From NCBI RefSeq assembly GCF_030144855.1, contig NC_082713.1, positions 156,860,001 through 156,924,000 on the forward strand: a DNA stretch of 64,000 bases. Reading direction: 5' to 3'. Under the pieces are notes generated by a model that was not told where the DNA came from, made no database searches, and saw nothing but the letters and a program-made list of their open reading frames with translations. Positions 12,302 through 24,944 of the stretch are shown one piece after another. How positions within the stretch are numbered: the first letter of the stretch is position 1; each line of letters begins with the position of its first letter. A program made the translations under genes and the position numbers. The DNA comes from Hypanus sabinus. Its lineage: Eukaryota.

Positions 12302-13219
12302 CTGTCTTTCTTACTTGTCTTACAACTTGTTAACAAAGCTATTGGGTGTGCCTGCTGCAGTTGCAAACCATTAATTGGAGTGGCTAGTTTTATCTGTCAT
12401 TAGTCACTCTCTAACTTCAACCTCCTGCTGTAGTGATAATCATCAAAGCTTCGCAGGCTACACATTGAATTACTGTAGTAAATACTAGACAGCATGATTA
12501 TGTGGGCTGTCAACTTTGCTTTGAAAAGATACTAGTTGATTGTGTGTTACATATCCACCACTGTCCCCCAAACAAATCTTTCCATATCCAATTTAATGTG
12601 TGAAGACTTTAAGTCATTACTCTTAAAGAATCGGAACTGAACATTTGTGGATTCATCTGTTAAATTTATAGTAATTAGACTTTTCCATTTTCTGAAAAGC
12701 AAGATGCTGGTCTTCTTGTTTATTTTTAATATAGGTCATTAGTCAAATTCAATATTTGAAAATTACTATTCCACAACCTCTTTGAACTCCCAACACTGAA
12801 TTATACCAAAAATGGAATTAATTGTAAAGCCTAGTCAATGTGAATCATGTCATTCAATGTCTGTCTTATCCATAAGAATATTGATATTGTTCATCTTGTG
12901 ATCTCGGGTTGTACTGCACCTGAACTTGCTATTCTTTCAACTCAGCACTTTATTTAATCCAGGTCATTGGAATTAAAGGTTCCTACATTTTCAACCATAT
13001 GAATACAATGTGAAATAAGATCAGACTATCTCTACCTGCTGTTGTAAAGTCTAACACACAATCCATGTTATTAGTCATACACAAGAAAACTTGCCCAGCA
13101 AGACAAGAAAAATGTTCATGTGAAACCTTTAACAAGCTAACAGAATGATGCAGTAGTGATTTTGTTATTGGTTGAAAAATGTTATTGGGACCCAGAAGAC
13201 AAAAGTTTATTCTATATCA

Positions 13220-15594
13220 GACTTCAGCAAGAACAAGCGGAGGCAAGGTAAGTAGGTAAGTTGGTTCCTCACTTCTTTTTTTATCCTTTAACTCTTGAAA
13301 GAATAGGGCTATATCTACAGGGCCAGTGTTGTGTTCTGAGAATCAGATGTGGGATTTCCGGGTGACTACCATCCTCCCCAGGTATATCAAGATGCAGCTC
13401 CTGAGAGACTGTGTTAAGTAACTGGAGCTCCAGTTCAATTACCAGATTTCTGGATCATTGGGACCTCTTCTGGGGCAGGTGTGACCTGTGCAGAGGGGAG
13501 GGGTTGCACGTGAATTCAAAGGGTACTAATATTTTTGTGGGCAGGTTTACTAGAGCTGTTGGGAGTGGTTTAAACTAATATGGTGGGGGATGGGAACCAG
13601 TATATTAGAGTTGAGGCAGAGCAGAGGTGGCTGAAATTTCTGGGAATAATCCACAAGAGGCAGAATAGATGTGTCCCACTGCAGAAAAAGTTCTCAAATG
13701 GTAACGTTAGGTAACCACAGCTGGCAAAGAAAGTTATATGTCAAGGAAAGGTAGCAAAAGTGGGTGGGAAGTTGGATGATTGGGAACCTTTTAAAATCCA
13801 GCGAAAGGCAACTACAAAAGCTATAAGAAGAGCAAAGATGAAATATGGGGGCAAAGTAGCCAAAAATATAAAGCAAGATGCTGAAAGTTTTTCTGAAAGT
13901 AAAAGAGAGATGAGAGTTGATATTAGACCAATGGAAAATGATGCTGGTGGGGTAATAATGGGGGGCAGAGAAATGGCAGATGATCTTAATGAGATATTTG
14001 CTTCAGCCTTCACTGTGGAAGGTACTAGCAATGTACTAGAGGTATGTGAGTGTCAAGGAGCAGGAGTGAGTGCCTTTGCTATTACAAAGGAAAAAATGCT
14101 AGGTAAACTGAAAGGTCTTAAAATGGATAAGTCACCTGGAGCAGATGGACTACATCCCAAAGTCCTGAAAGAGGTTGCTGAGGAGATAGCAGATGCATTG
14201 TTCATGACCTTTCAAGAATCACTTGATTCTGGCATACTTCCAGAGAACTGGAAAAATGCAAATGTCACTCCACTCTTAAAGAAGGGAAGAGGGCAAAAAG
14301 AAGGAAATTATACGCCAGTTAGCCTAACCTCAGTGGTTGGGAAAGTGTTGGAGCATCTTATTAAGGATCAGGTTTTGGGTTGCTTGTTAAAAATAGGTCA
14401 AAGTTGGAATGCTTTCCATAAAGGGAAATCTTGCCTGACAAATCTGTTAGAGTTCGAGGAAGTAACAAGCTGGGTGGACAAAGTAGAAGCAGTGGATATC
14501 ATTGACTTGGTGCCACACATAAGGTTGCTTAACAAGATAAAATCCTATGGTGTTACAGGAAATATACTGGCATAGATAGAAGAATGGCTAACAGACAGGA
14601 AGCAGCAAGTGGGAATAAAGGGGGCATTTTCTGGTTGGCTGCTAGAGACTAGTTGTGTTCCTCAAAGGTCAGTATTGAGACTGCTTTGTGGCAAAGTTGG
14701 AAGATATGAAAAAAGGTGGAAGAGTAGGTAGTACTGAGGAAGCAATGCGATTGCAGCAGGACTTAGACAAATTGGAAAAATGGGCAAAAAAAGTGGCAGA
14801 TGGAATACAGAGTTGGGAAATGTATGATAAAACATTTTGGTAAAAGGAATGAAGTGCAAACTATTATCTAAATGGGGAGAAAATTCAAACATCAGAGGTG
14901 CAGAGGGACTTAGCAGTCTTCATGCAAGGCTCCCAGAAGGTTAATTTGCAGGTGGAATCTGTGGGAAAGAAGGCAACTGCAATGTTGGCATTTATTTCAA
15001 GGCAAATAGAATATAAGAGCAAAGAGATAATGTTAAGCCTTTATAAGATACTACTCAGGCCACATGGAGTATTGTCAACAGTTTTGGGCCCCATATCTCA
15101 GAAAGGATGTGTTGTCAAAGGAGAGAGTCCAGAGGCAGTTCACAAGGATGATTCCGGGAAAGAAGGTGTTAACATATGAGGAGCATTGGCTGCTTTGGGC
15201 TGTATTCACTGGAATTTAGAAGAATGCAGGGGTGGGGGGAATTCTCATTGAAATCTACTGAATGTTGAAAGGACTGGATAAGGTGGATGTGGAGAGGATG
15301 TTTCCTCTGGTGGGGGTATGAAGAACTAGTGGGCACAGCCTCAAAATTGAGGGTGATCTTTTAGAACAGAGGTAAGGAGGATTTTATTTAGCAGGAGAGT
15401 AGTGAATCTGTGGAATGTTCTGCCACAGACTGTGGTGGAGGCCAAGTTCGTGGGTATATTGAAAGCAGATGTTGGTAGTTTCCTGAATGGTCAAAGCATC
15501 AAAGGAAATGGCGAGAAGGCAGGTGCATGGGTTGAGTGTGTTCCAGGATTAGCTATGATGGAATGGATACTGCTCCTATGTCTTATGGTCTTAT
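13220..15594 (+). mobile_element. CR1 LINE with internal deletions (ORF1 remnants plus RT)
   Basis: ORF 13760-14575 contains KSPGADGLHPKVLKE, WKNANVTPL, NYTPVSLTSVVGK and KGKSCLTNLLEF. The 3' tail is gctcctatgtcttatggtctta. Confidence 0.9.
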
Positions 15595-15749
15595 CTTACT
15601 CATTAGAAAATGCTTGAAACTGAGACTGAAATCAAATTGTACCTTTTCCCAAGACACTGTTCCTATATCATTATGGCAGAAATACCTGAAGATAATTGAA
15701 TGGTCGACGCTTAATCTTTTTTCTTTATGTCTGTATGTCTAGAGCCTTT

Positions 15750-16451
15750 TCAGGAGAGAATTGAGAAATTGGAGGTGCAAGTGGACTTGAAGTCCTAGTT
15801 CAGGATTGTTTAATGTTGACTTGCAGATTGAGGTGATAGTAAGGAAATCCTCACTTTGAGAGGATTGGAATATAGAAGCAAAGATATACTGTTAAGATTT
15901 TGTATGTGATTGTTCAGACCACATATGGAATATTGTGAGCAATTTTTGGCCCCATACCTAAGGTAATGTGTGCTGGTCCTAGAGAGAGCCCAGTGGAGGT
16001 TCAGAGGAATGGTTCTGGGAATGAAAAGCTTAATGCATGAGGAGCATTTGATGGTTTTGTGCTTTGATAGAGCTCAGAAAGTTGAGTGGGCACCACATTG
16101 AAACTTACTGAATAAAGAAAGGCCTGGGTAGAGTGGACACACAGAGAATGTTTCCATTAGTAGAAGAATCTAGGATCTGAGGACAAAGTCTCAGAATAAA
16201 GGAAAGTTCCTTAGAACTGAGATAAGGAGGAATTTCTTCATTCAGAATTCATTGCCACAGGTGGGTGTGGAGACCAAGTCATACGGTATATTTAAGGCAG
16301 AAATTGGTAGGTTCTCATCTGATAAAGGGATTAAGGGCTACACGAGAAGGTGAGAGAGAGGGGTTGAGGGGGGACAAACAGCCTTGATTGAATAGCAGAG
16401 CTGATACAGTGGGATGAATGGCCTAATTCTGCTTGCTCCTTTATCTTATGG
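15750..16451 (+). mobile_element. 5'-truncated CR1 LINE
   Basis: Parallels 14880-15594 and has the same 3' tail. Confidence 0.8.
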
Positions 16452-16519
16452 ATTTTAGTGGAATTATGTTTTTTTGAGTTTGATATGCCTACTGAACAAC
16501 AATAAAGTGTCAGCTTCAT

Positions 16520-16822
16520 TCAGTTGTGGAACTTGTACCTTCTGAGCTCAGGTTTGTAGACTCATGGATACTAAACTTGGCTGACAAAGTATTAGAATAC
16601 TGCATTATAGAAGATGCCTTTTTCCAAGAAGACATTTAAACAAGGACCTCCGGCACCAGGAGTATGATTTTCCACCAGCTTTCTTGATTAGAGCTTTAAA
16701 CCTCTGTAACATAATTAAAAGTGAGAAAAACAATCAGAAAATGTTTATTTGTGGAACCATATGATATGTAAATTCTGTATCATATTTCCTGCAGTGTCTA
16801 AACTTCGAAGTATTTAGTTGAG
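16520..16822 (+). mobile_element. Deu-domain SINE remnant
   Basis: ggctgaca..tactgcatt..agatgccttttt..agacatttaaacaagg resembles the Deu core as recalled. Confidence 0.4.
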
Positions 16823-17202
16823 TTTAGCATACATTTGTCCAACTCAAAAATATAGAGGGATTTGTATTACTGCCATTGATTTCAGTGTAGTAGGGAGCTA
16901 TAAAGCTGCTTCCAGACAGAAATAAGGAACAAGGAGGTGTAATATTTTGTTCCTGTCCAACTGCTAGTTTGTCACTCTGCCTTTTTGGAAGACAGGTCCT
17001 TTTAATGCTCACATCTAAACCTCATGACTGACATGACAGCTACTTTTGGTCTTAATGAACTTAGAAGTATGTTTGCATTTTCTATCAAATGTCAGTAGGT
17101 TGTCCAAAGATGAGCACAAGTAGCAAAGTTTTAATGTATTTGTATGTGGGTTTGATGAGCAGTGATGCACATCTAGACTGTTGAAAGCAAGCTGTCACAT
17201 TG

Positions 17203-17487
17203 AGCAGCACGGTAGCATAGGGTTAGCACAACGCCTTGCAGTATAGGTCACCCAGGTTCAATTCCTGCTGCTGCCTGTAAAGCATTTGTACATTCTCCCT
17301 GTTTGCTCTGGTTTCCTCCCATGATGCAAAGGTGTACCTTTTGGTAGGCTAATTGGTCACTGTAAATTGTCCTGTAATTAGGCCAGGGTTAAATCAGGGG
17401 GTTGCTGGGCAGCATGGCTTAAACAGCTGGAAGGGCCTGTTCCACGCTGTAGCTAAGTAAGTAACTAAGTAGGTAAGTAAGTAAATC
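17203..17487 (+). mobile_element. tRNA-derived V-SINE (HE1-like)
   Basis: A/B-box-like ggtagcatagggttag and ggttcaattcc, a V-domain (tttgtacattctccc..ctctggtttcctccca) and a (gtaa)n tail. Confidence 0.75.
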
Positions 17488-17489
17488 AA

Positions 17490-19220
17490 TGAGTCCCTTT
17501 CTGGATTTCCACACCATTACAAAAACTAGTATCCAGCCAACTAAATTCACTTTGTTTAATCAAGAAAAGACTGTAATCATTGATATTGCAAAAGCAAAGG
17601 GACCAGCTGAAGTCCCAGGTGCTCTTCTGAAGACATGTGTTCCAAAACTTGCTAGGAATCTACCAAAGCAGTTCTAAAACGTTACAGTACTTGCATCTAC
17701 CCATCTTTGTGGAAAATGGTCCAAATGTGCCCTGTTCACAACATGCTAGAAAGGGATTTGACCTGCGAATTATTGATCACATGGTCTACTCTTTGTCATC
17801 AACGGGGTGATGGTAGATATCTATGTTGCTATCTAGTAAGACTAACTTGCCAATAACCAATACTCATTCATGACAATTGGAGTATTTCACCTAATGAGAA
17901 GAGGCTATGATTTCCCTTTTTTCCCCCCTGATGTGGAAATTTCTAAAATTGTGGGATACAGATATGGTAGACTGCAAGAACCTTTCCGGTTTTCAGAGGT
18001 GAATAAAATTAGAGGACATTGACTAGGGGCAAGGGTAAAGTGGGGAGCTGAGTGGGACCTCTTTTCATCCAGAGTGGTGGGTGCCAGGAATCCACTACAC
18101 TCCAGGTACTGGAAGCAGAATTCAAAAAGCATTTAAGAAATGTCTAGTCTAGCCCAGCCCTTGAATCTCCTAGGTGTAGAAGCCAAGTGCTGAAAAAACA
18201 GGAATAATACAGGATACTCACTGTCACAATAACCTGTTTCTATGCTGTGACTCTGTGATTCAGTGAAACTGAACCTATAATCAGTTTGGTTTTCCAAATT
18301 TCATTATAGCTTGGTTCAAGCATTGATCAAAGACCTGGAGATGAACTGAAAGTAACTGCCTTTGACATTAAGACAACTTTTGACTATGCAAGACGGCATG
18401 ATAAAAGTGAAATCCAATGAGCTTCAAAAGGAAAATGCTTCAGTGGTTAGAGCCTCCTCAAAAAAGAAAATGTTTGCAATAGTCATAGGTTAACCAACCC
18501 AGCCTCAGGTCTTCACTGCAAGTGCACTTCAGAGGAATTTTCTTGGCCCAATTATCTGCAACCTCTTCACTAGTGACATTGCTTTATCAAAGTGCCAGAA
18601 GTGGGAATGTTCACTGATGACTGCTCAATTCCATTTGCAGTTCCTTTTCCTTGGCCAATGCCCATCAAGATTTAGACATCATTCAGGTATAGGCTGGTAA
18701 GTGGCAGTTAACATTTTGGCCATGAAAGTGGCAAGCGCTGGTCATCTCTAACAATTGCTTGTTCAACCACTTGCCACTGATACTTAATCATATTATTATC
18801 ATTAACTCCTAACCATCAAAATCCTTTATTAACGAGACAAATTGGCAGGTCAGAGGCTCTATACCCTGCAACAAGTGATTCATCTCCTGTTACCACAAGG
18901 TCTTAACACCACTGAAGGTGCAAATCAAAAGCTGGATAGCACATTCACTTCATTTGCTTGGATAAGCACAGAACCAACAACTTTCAAGAACCATCATAGT
19001 TATCAAAGATGCTGTGGACTGAAGGGCATGTTCCTGTTCTATAAGGAGACATCATGTGGTCAGAACAAACCACCTTGTAGACATTCCATCTACAACCTTC
19101 TTCCTTGAATATACTGGATGCAATGCAGCCACTTGCCCAGGCTATGCTGACATCATCTCCTAAACCCACTGTCACTACCGCCAAGAGACAGCAAGGCAGT
19201 ATGTAACTCCCTGCAGGTTC
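17490..19220 (+). mobile_element. Old decayed LINE ORF2 (CR1/L2 clan), interrupted near 17900-18260 by a CR1 3' piece
   Basis: Remnants include KAKGPAEVPGALLKTCVP, an LDI..FD-like segment at ~18355 and an F.DD-like segment at ~18610. Confidence 0.55.
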
Positions 19221-19224
19221 CCCT

Positions 19225-19605
19225 CGTTATCCTTCTTTGGATTCCATTCCTATTCCGAAGAGTGGATTCATGGTCTCCTCTTGTGTTGAGATGAGGCCAC
19301 CCTCAGGGTGAAGGAGCAACACCTTGTCTTCCATCTGGGTACTCTCCAGCTTGATGGCATGTATATCAATTTTCCCTTCCAGTGAACAAATTTTGCCCTC
19401 CCCCTTCCTCTATTCCCTACTCTGATGTTTCATTTCTTCTCACCTGCCTATTTCTTACCCTTGGAACCCTCCTTCCCTTTTTCCTATGGTCCACTTTCAT
19501 CTCCTATCAAATTCTTTCTTCTCCAGCCCTTGACCTTTGTCAGCTACCAAATTGTGTGTGTTGCTTTGGATTTCCAGCATCTGCAGACTTCCTCATGCTT
19601 CGAAA
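19225..19605 (+). mobile_element. Penelope-like element 3' end (GIY-YIG C-terminus plus pLTR remnant)
   Basis: Encodes LRVKEQHLVFHLGTLQLDGMYINF, followed by a pyrimidine-rich UTR and ttccagcatctgcaga. Confidence 0.75.
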
Positions 19606-20190
19606 GGTATGGCCTGCCCCACATTGTTGTTTCTAAAATTCTGGAGTTCCTACCCCATATTCCTGTGGTGTACATTCACCAGAAGGAATGCAATAGTTCA
19701 AGAAGGTACCTCACCACCACTTTCATACCTTGGCATTGTGCACCATCCACCTCATTTGTTGTATTCAAAAGCATCTAGGAGTAATTTTCAATTCACTAGC
19801 ATGGAAAACCTGGGAGTTAGATCCACTGTCCTTTTATTTAACATTTCCATTGAAATCAGTTTTAAAAACATATTTTGCAGATTAATCTGCTTGTGCTGTA
19901 CTTAAATTTTTACTCTGATTGTTTAACTACCTGTGGCCTTTAACTGATCTGTCATTGTAGTAGAAGGTTGGAGCCTATAGTATTTATCTTGTTTCATGCC
20001 ATCATTGTGCCCTGGATTAATTTCTCAAGGAGTCGTCAAACTGCCTGCATTTCTGATGTGCCTGTTGTTTAGCTTCTCCTTATCTCCAATCAGTTGCAAA
20101 CTATTTAATGTTTTATTTAAGCAGTAGTTCATATTCATTTGCTGATTGCTGAGGCTATCAAAGTACAACCCAGCTACACGAGCTACTTGA

Positions 20191-20399
20191 GCAAACATGG
20201 GGAAATCTACAGATGCTGGAAATTCAAACAACAACACACACAAAATGCCGGTGGAACACAGCAGACCAGGCAGCATCTATAGGGAGAAGCACTGTCGACG
20301 TATCATCCTGATGAAGGGTTTCGGCCCGAAACGTCGACAGCGCTTCTCCCTATAGATGCTGCCTGGCCTGCTGTGTTCCACCAGCATTTTGTGTGTGTT
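20191..20399. mobile_element. Fold-back Penelope pLTR pair with a hammerhead core in the loop
   Basis: 69-bp arms at 20233-20301 and 20331-20399 (3 mismatches). CTGATGA at 20308-20314 and GAAA at 20328-20331. Confidence 0.85.
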
Positions 20400-21061
20400 A
20401 CTATTTATATGACTTGGCACATAAAAGTGTACAGTGCTTTTTTTAATATTCTTTTCAGAATTATCATGGTGGCTCATAGTTTGACTTAGTCCATTCCAGT
20501 TGTTTGGACTGCAATTTGAAATGTATTTGGGGGTTAAATAATTCAAACTTCAGGAATTTATTTCATGAAACTTTCTATGATGTTTTGATTGAAAGCAACT
20601 ATGAATGTCCACAAGAAAATGAATCTCATGGAGACAATAGTGTTTTGATAATAAATTTATTTGAACTTCTTTATGATGTAAAATTCAAGCATATTTCAAA
20701 ATAAACTAAATCTATTTATATTTTTGCATCTGTGTCTCATGTGACAAGGCAAACAAAATATAGTTGGATTTTCTCTCCTTCCCCCTCCCCCACCTCTACT
20801 AATTTGTGAAACATTCATCTAATAGATCAATTCAGAATCAATAAAACACAGCTAATACAGTGATAAGTAGTTCAGTAATTCTGCAAATTAAGTGAATACA
20901 TGAGCACCATAATTGACTAAAGCAAGTATTTAACAGAATTGAATGGTTTAATCACTTTACTTATCTGCAAACAGCAATACTTTATGCAAAAAATAAATAT
21001 TTTGGAACTTATTTTCTTTCTTTCATTCATTTTCAGGTAAAATAGATATTATGGATTTATT

Positions 21062-22172
21062 CAAAGTTCAAAAAAGTTCAAAGTAAAGTTTATAATCAGA
21101 GTACATGCATGTAGCCACATATAACCCTGAGATTATTTTTCTTGCACAAATACTTAGCAAATCTATAGAACAATAACCTTAAAAGGATCAATGAATAACA
21201 AACTATGAAAATGCAAATATAACTGATGAGCAATAATAAATAACATGAAGAAAAGTGAGACCATTGGTTGCGGGAACACCAGAAATAGAGTGAGTGTAGA
21301 TATCCTCTTTCCTTCAAAAGCCTGATGGTTGAAGGATAGTAACTGTCCTTGACCTGGTGGTATGAGGCCTGAGGCTCTTGTACCTTTGATCTGATGGCAG
21401 CAATGGGAAAAGAGCATGCTGTGGGCGGTGAAGATCCTTGATGAAGGATACTGCTTTTCTATGACAATGTTTCATATAGTTGGGAGAGCTGTTCCCGTGA
21501 TGTACTGGGCTGAATCCACTATCTTTTGCAGGATTTTCTGTTCAAAGACATTAGTATTCTCATACCAGGCCATAGTGTAGCCAGTCAGCACACTTTCCAC
21601 CACACATCTTTAGAAGTTTGCCAAGGTTTTTGATGACATGCCAAATCTCTGTAGACTCCTGAGGAAGTAAAGGCACAATTGTTAAGATGCTTTCTTTACA
21701 ATTATTTTTTTATGATGAGTCTAGGATAGTCCTCTGAAATAGTGACACCCAGGCATTTAAAGGTACTGACCACCTCCACCTCTGATCCTCTGAGTACTGG
21801 TTCACAGACCCCTGGTTTCCCTCTCCCAATCAGTCCTTGGTCTTATTGGTCTTGTGTGCAAGATTGTTATCACACCACTCAGCCAAATTTTTAATCTTCC
21901 TCCTTGAAGCACCATCAATAACTCACTCTGAGACGTAAAGGTGAGATATCGGCTTTTATTGACTGGAAGAAGGAACAAGCAATGGTTGACCACCATACTA
22001 CATCCTGGAGACAGAGAGGCCGGGCTCAGGCCTCAATCGCCTTTATACAGGGGTCTGTGGGAGGAGCCACAGGAGCAGTCAGCAGGGGGCATGTCCAGAC
22101 AGGTATGAGTAGTTCACCACACTCCTATATCCTGATTCATCACTACCTTTGATACAGCCCACAACAGTGACA
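21062..22172 (-). mobile_element. Rex1/Babar-type LINE 3' part, interrupted by a solo LTR
   Basis: Reverse complement of the 41440-42008 and 38535-40352 type sequence; caaagttcaaa tail. Confidence 0.75.
21905..22121 (-). mobile_element. Solo Gypsy LTR related to the LTR at 51578
   Basis: The minus strand runs tgtggtgaactac...ttattgatggtgcttca (TG...CA). A perfect 5-bp TSD CTCCT lies at 21900-21904 and 22122-22126. Confidence 0.92.
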
Positions 22173-23489
22173 CTTATCAAATACAGTATTGACAAATTTA
22201 GCAAGACTATAAAATTATTTAGGCAAGTAAAATACATTTATTTGAATCTGTAATTAAAGACAGGATTTGATTCTTTTGGGCAAGTTAAAAATTATGAATA
22301 GCTGGTTGGATGCTTGGTTCAAAAAATTCCTAAAAGTTTTATCACTTCTGTGAAGTTAATAAACTGTGAGTTGTTTATTGGAATATTTTAACATATGGGA
22401 TGCAATATCGAAATAAATTTACCAGTAAGAATTACTCGACCATAAACAATGAACATTTACTGTTTTTGTACAGTGTGGAATCTGTCCATTGTCTATTCAT
22501 TTTCCCTTATGTATAAATGTTGCAGTGTGTGGTGTGTTTGAATGTATCTTGCAGAAATCAAGTTATTCATGAATACAGAATATGTATATTACATTAGAAC
22601 TGAATGTTCTGGTGGTATTATTTTTGTCATGAAGGTGTGTAGCTATGAAGGGTTGCAGAGATATACATAATAGAACTAAAGTCTAAAATTTAAACCAGAG
22701 ATGGGGTATAGAAAGAGAATAATAAATGGTTAAACTTTGTTACCCAAAATCTGGACTACTATCATTATCGTATGTAACTCTTTACCACAGTTCTCAACTG
22801 CTGTTCAATACCTTATTTCTATTAAAATGACATAGATTGAACACCAGTAATATTTTTGAACACTATTCATGATTCTAACATCCTCTACTGTTAACAATGC
22901 TTCTTCCTTTGTTCCTCATTTTATTGTGTCTTATTACTCTAAAGATCTTTGTCCTCATAGACACACCAGTAAATTTAGGTTGCCTTCTGGTGCTGTTGAC
23001 ATCCTTCACTATCAAGACCAACTTTTCCTCACACATCTTTGCAGGCATTGGACAGAAAGTAATTATGCTTTGAATGTAGAAATACAAATTAACTATCACA
23101 GGCAACGGACACACAAACACTTATCTGTGTAAGGGAAATTATAGAGTGTAAATTGAAGACATTGGAAAATGGTTGCAATTTAATCTAGGTAAGTTCTTTC
23201 TACAGTGACTTTGGATGACATTGAGAAAATTAGAGACCAGTGGTATTTAACTAGTTTGTATATCTCCAATCTGTTATAGATGGTGGAAAATTGTCTAGAT
23301 ATATACCAAGTCACAATACCAACATCTAGTACAGAGTTTTCTTTGGTTTAGATTTAATAATACACTATTGAGGTCTTCCATGAGTGGGTTACAATATTAT
23401 TTATGAAATAATCAAATGTTGTGAGAGTCAGACATTTACTTTTCTATTTTTCTTATAGGATCAACAAGGAACCAGATGTTTCAATACAT

Positions 23490-23671
23490 GGGGCACTGCA
23501 ATAGCATAGGGGTTAGCAGAACGCTATTACTGCAAAAGGCATTGAAGTTCAGAATTGAATTCTGATGTCATCTGTAAGGAATGTGTAGATTTCCTCCGGG
23601 TACTCAGTTTTCCTCCCACAATCCAAAGACCTACCAGTGAGTAAGTTAATTAGTCACTGTAAAATGTCCAA
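23490..23671 (+). mobile_element. V-SINE truncated by a Penelope insertion
   Basis: Similar to 17203-17370. Confidence 0.65.
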
Positions 23672-24258
23672 TCACAAACGAGGAAAATCTGCAGATGCCG
23701 GAAATCCAAGCAACATATCCAAAATGTTGGAAGAACTCAGTAGGCTAGCCAGCATCTGTGGAAAAAAAACATTGTTGACATTTTGGGCTGAAACCCTTCA
23801 GCAGGACTGGAGGAAAAAATGCTGAGGAGTAGATTTGAAAGGTGGGGGGAGGAGAGAGAGAAACACCAGGCGATAGGTGAAGCTTGGAGGGGGAGAGATG
23901 AAGCAAAGAACTAGGAAGTTGATTTGTGAAAGAGATAGAAGACCATGGAAGAAAGAAAAAAGGGGGGAGGACAGGAGGGAGGTGATGGGTGGGCAAGGAG
24001 GTAACATGAAAGTGGGAAAAGGGAATGGGAGTGGGTGTAGGCATTACTGGAAGTTTGAGAAATCGATGTTCATGCCATTAGGTTGGAGGTTACCCAAACA
24101 GTAAGGTGTTGTTCCTCCAACCTAAGTGTGGCCTTATCACGAAAGTGAAGGAATCCATCTCGATCTGGACCCCAACAAACACATCTTTCCCTCCTCTCCA
24201 CTTTCTGCTTTCCGCAGGGATCACTGCCTATGCTACACCCTTATCCATTCGTCTCTCA
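23672..24258 (-). mobile_element. Penelope-like element 3' end with pLTR
   Basis: pLTR terminus cacaaacgaggaaaatctgcagatg, a decayed hammerhead at 23774-23810, and a GIY-YIG C-terminal remnant near 24050-24140. Confidence 0.8.
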
Positions 24259-24259
24259 T

Positions 24260-24420
24260 TTAGAAACATAGAAAACCTACAGCGCAATGCAGGCTTTTCA
24301 ACCCACAAAGTTGTGCCGAACATGTCCCACCTTAGAAATTACTAGGGTTACCCATAGCCCTCTATTTTTCTAATCTCCATGTGCTTATCCACAAGACTCT
24401 TAAAAGACCCTATTGTATCG
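24260..24420 (-). mobile_element. Short CR1 3' tail fragment
   Basis: tagaaacatagaaaacctacagc matches 50901 and is the reverse complement of the 49628 end. Confidence 0.8.
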
Positions 24421-24444
24421 TATTTAAGCTGCACTTAGGTTGAA

Positions 24445-24575
24445 ATGCAGTTGACATTTTGGGTTGAGGCCCATCAGCAGGGCTGGAGAAGGGTCTAGGC
24501 CCGAAATGTAGACTATATTCTTTTCCATAGATGCTGCCTGGTCTGAGTTCCTCCAGCATTTTGTGTGTGTTGCTG
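24445..24575. mobile_element. Inverted Penelope pLTR fragments
   Basis: Two opposed, decayed hammerhead-region copies followed by atagatgctgcctgg...cagcattttgtgtgtgtt. Confidence 0.7.
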
Positions 24576-24944
24576 GTGTATATATGCCTCTGGACTAGAC
24601 ATGACTGGGTATTATCCCAGATGAAGATGGCAGTGTTCGTCATCAAAAAATCAATTAAAATCGATACCTGTACTCAGCTGGAAGCCTGAGGAGAGTTTAT
24701 TCATCATATACTGTGGGAAAGCACTAGATCCAGTAGACGCTGGATTTTCTACAATGACTGTACTTGCAAGTAACTACTAACTGCATTTCTGTGGTATGGT
24801 ATATATCGTACTTACATAAAAAGCCAATCACAACCAACAGCTTCATGCTGGTGTTTAACCTCTTAATTCAATCTTTCCCCATCCTTTTAAAGTTAAGCTC
24901 CTGGACATGTCTGTGTACTTAATATTCCATTATTAATACAGTTT

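Noticed and set aside
13760-14575. 271-aa ORF as a host gene or active RT
   Set aside because: CR1 ORF2 fragment with deletions, and stops and frameshifts on both sides.
17203-17275. tRNA gene
   Set aside because: A/B boxes are followed by a V-domain and a simple-repeat tail, so this is a SINE head and not a cloverleaf.
23435-23460. Strong 3' splice-site-like tract (ttttctatttttcttatag) as KCND exon 2
   Set aside because: The downstream sequence does not encode YGDMVP and runs into a V-SINE.
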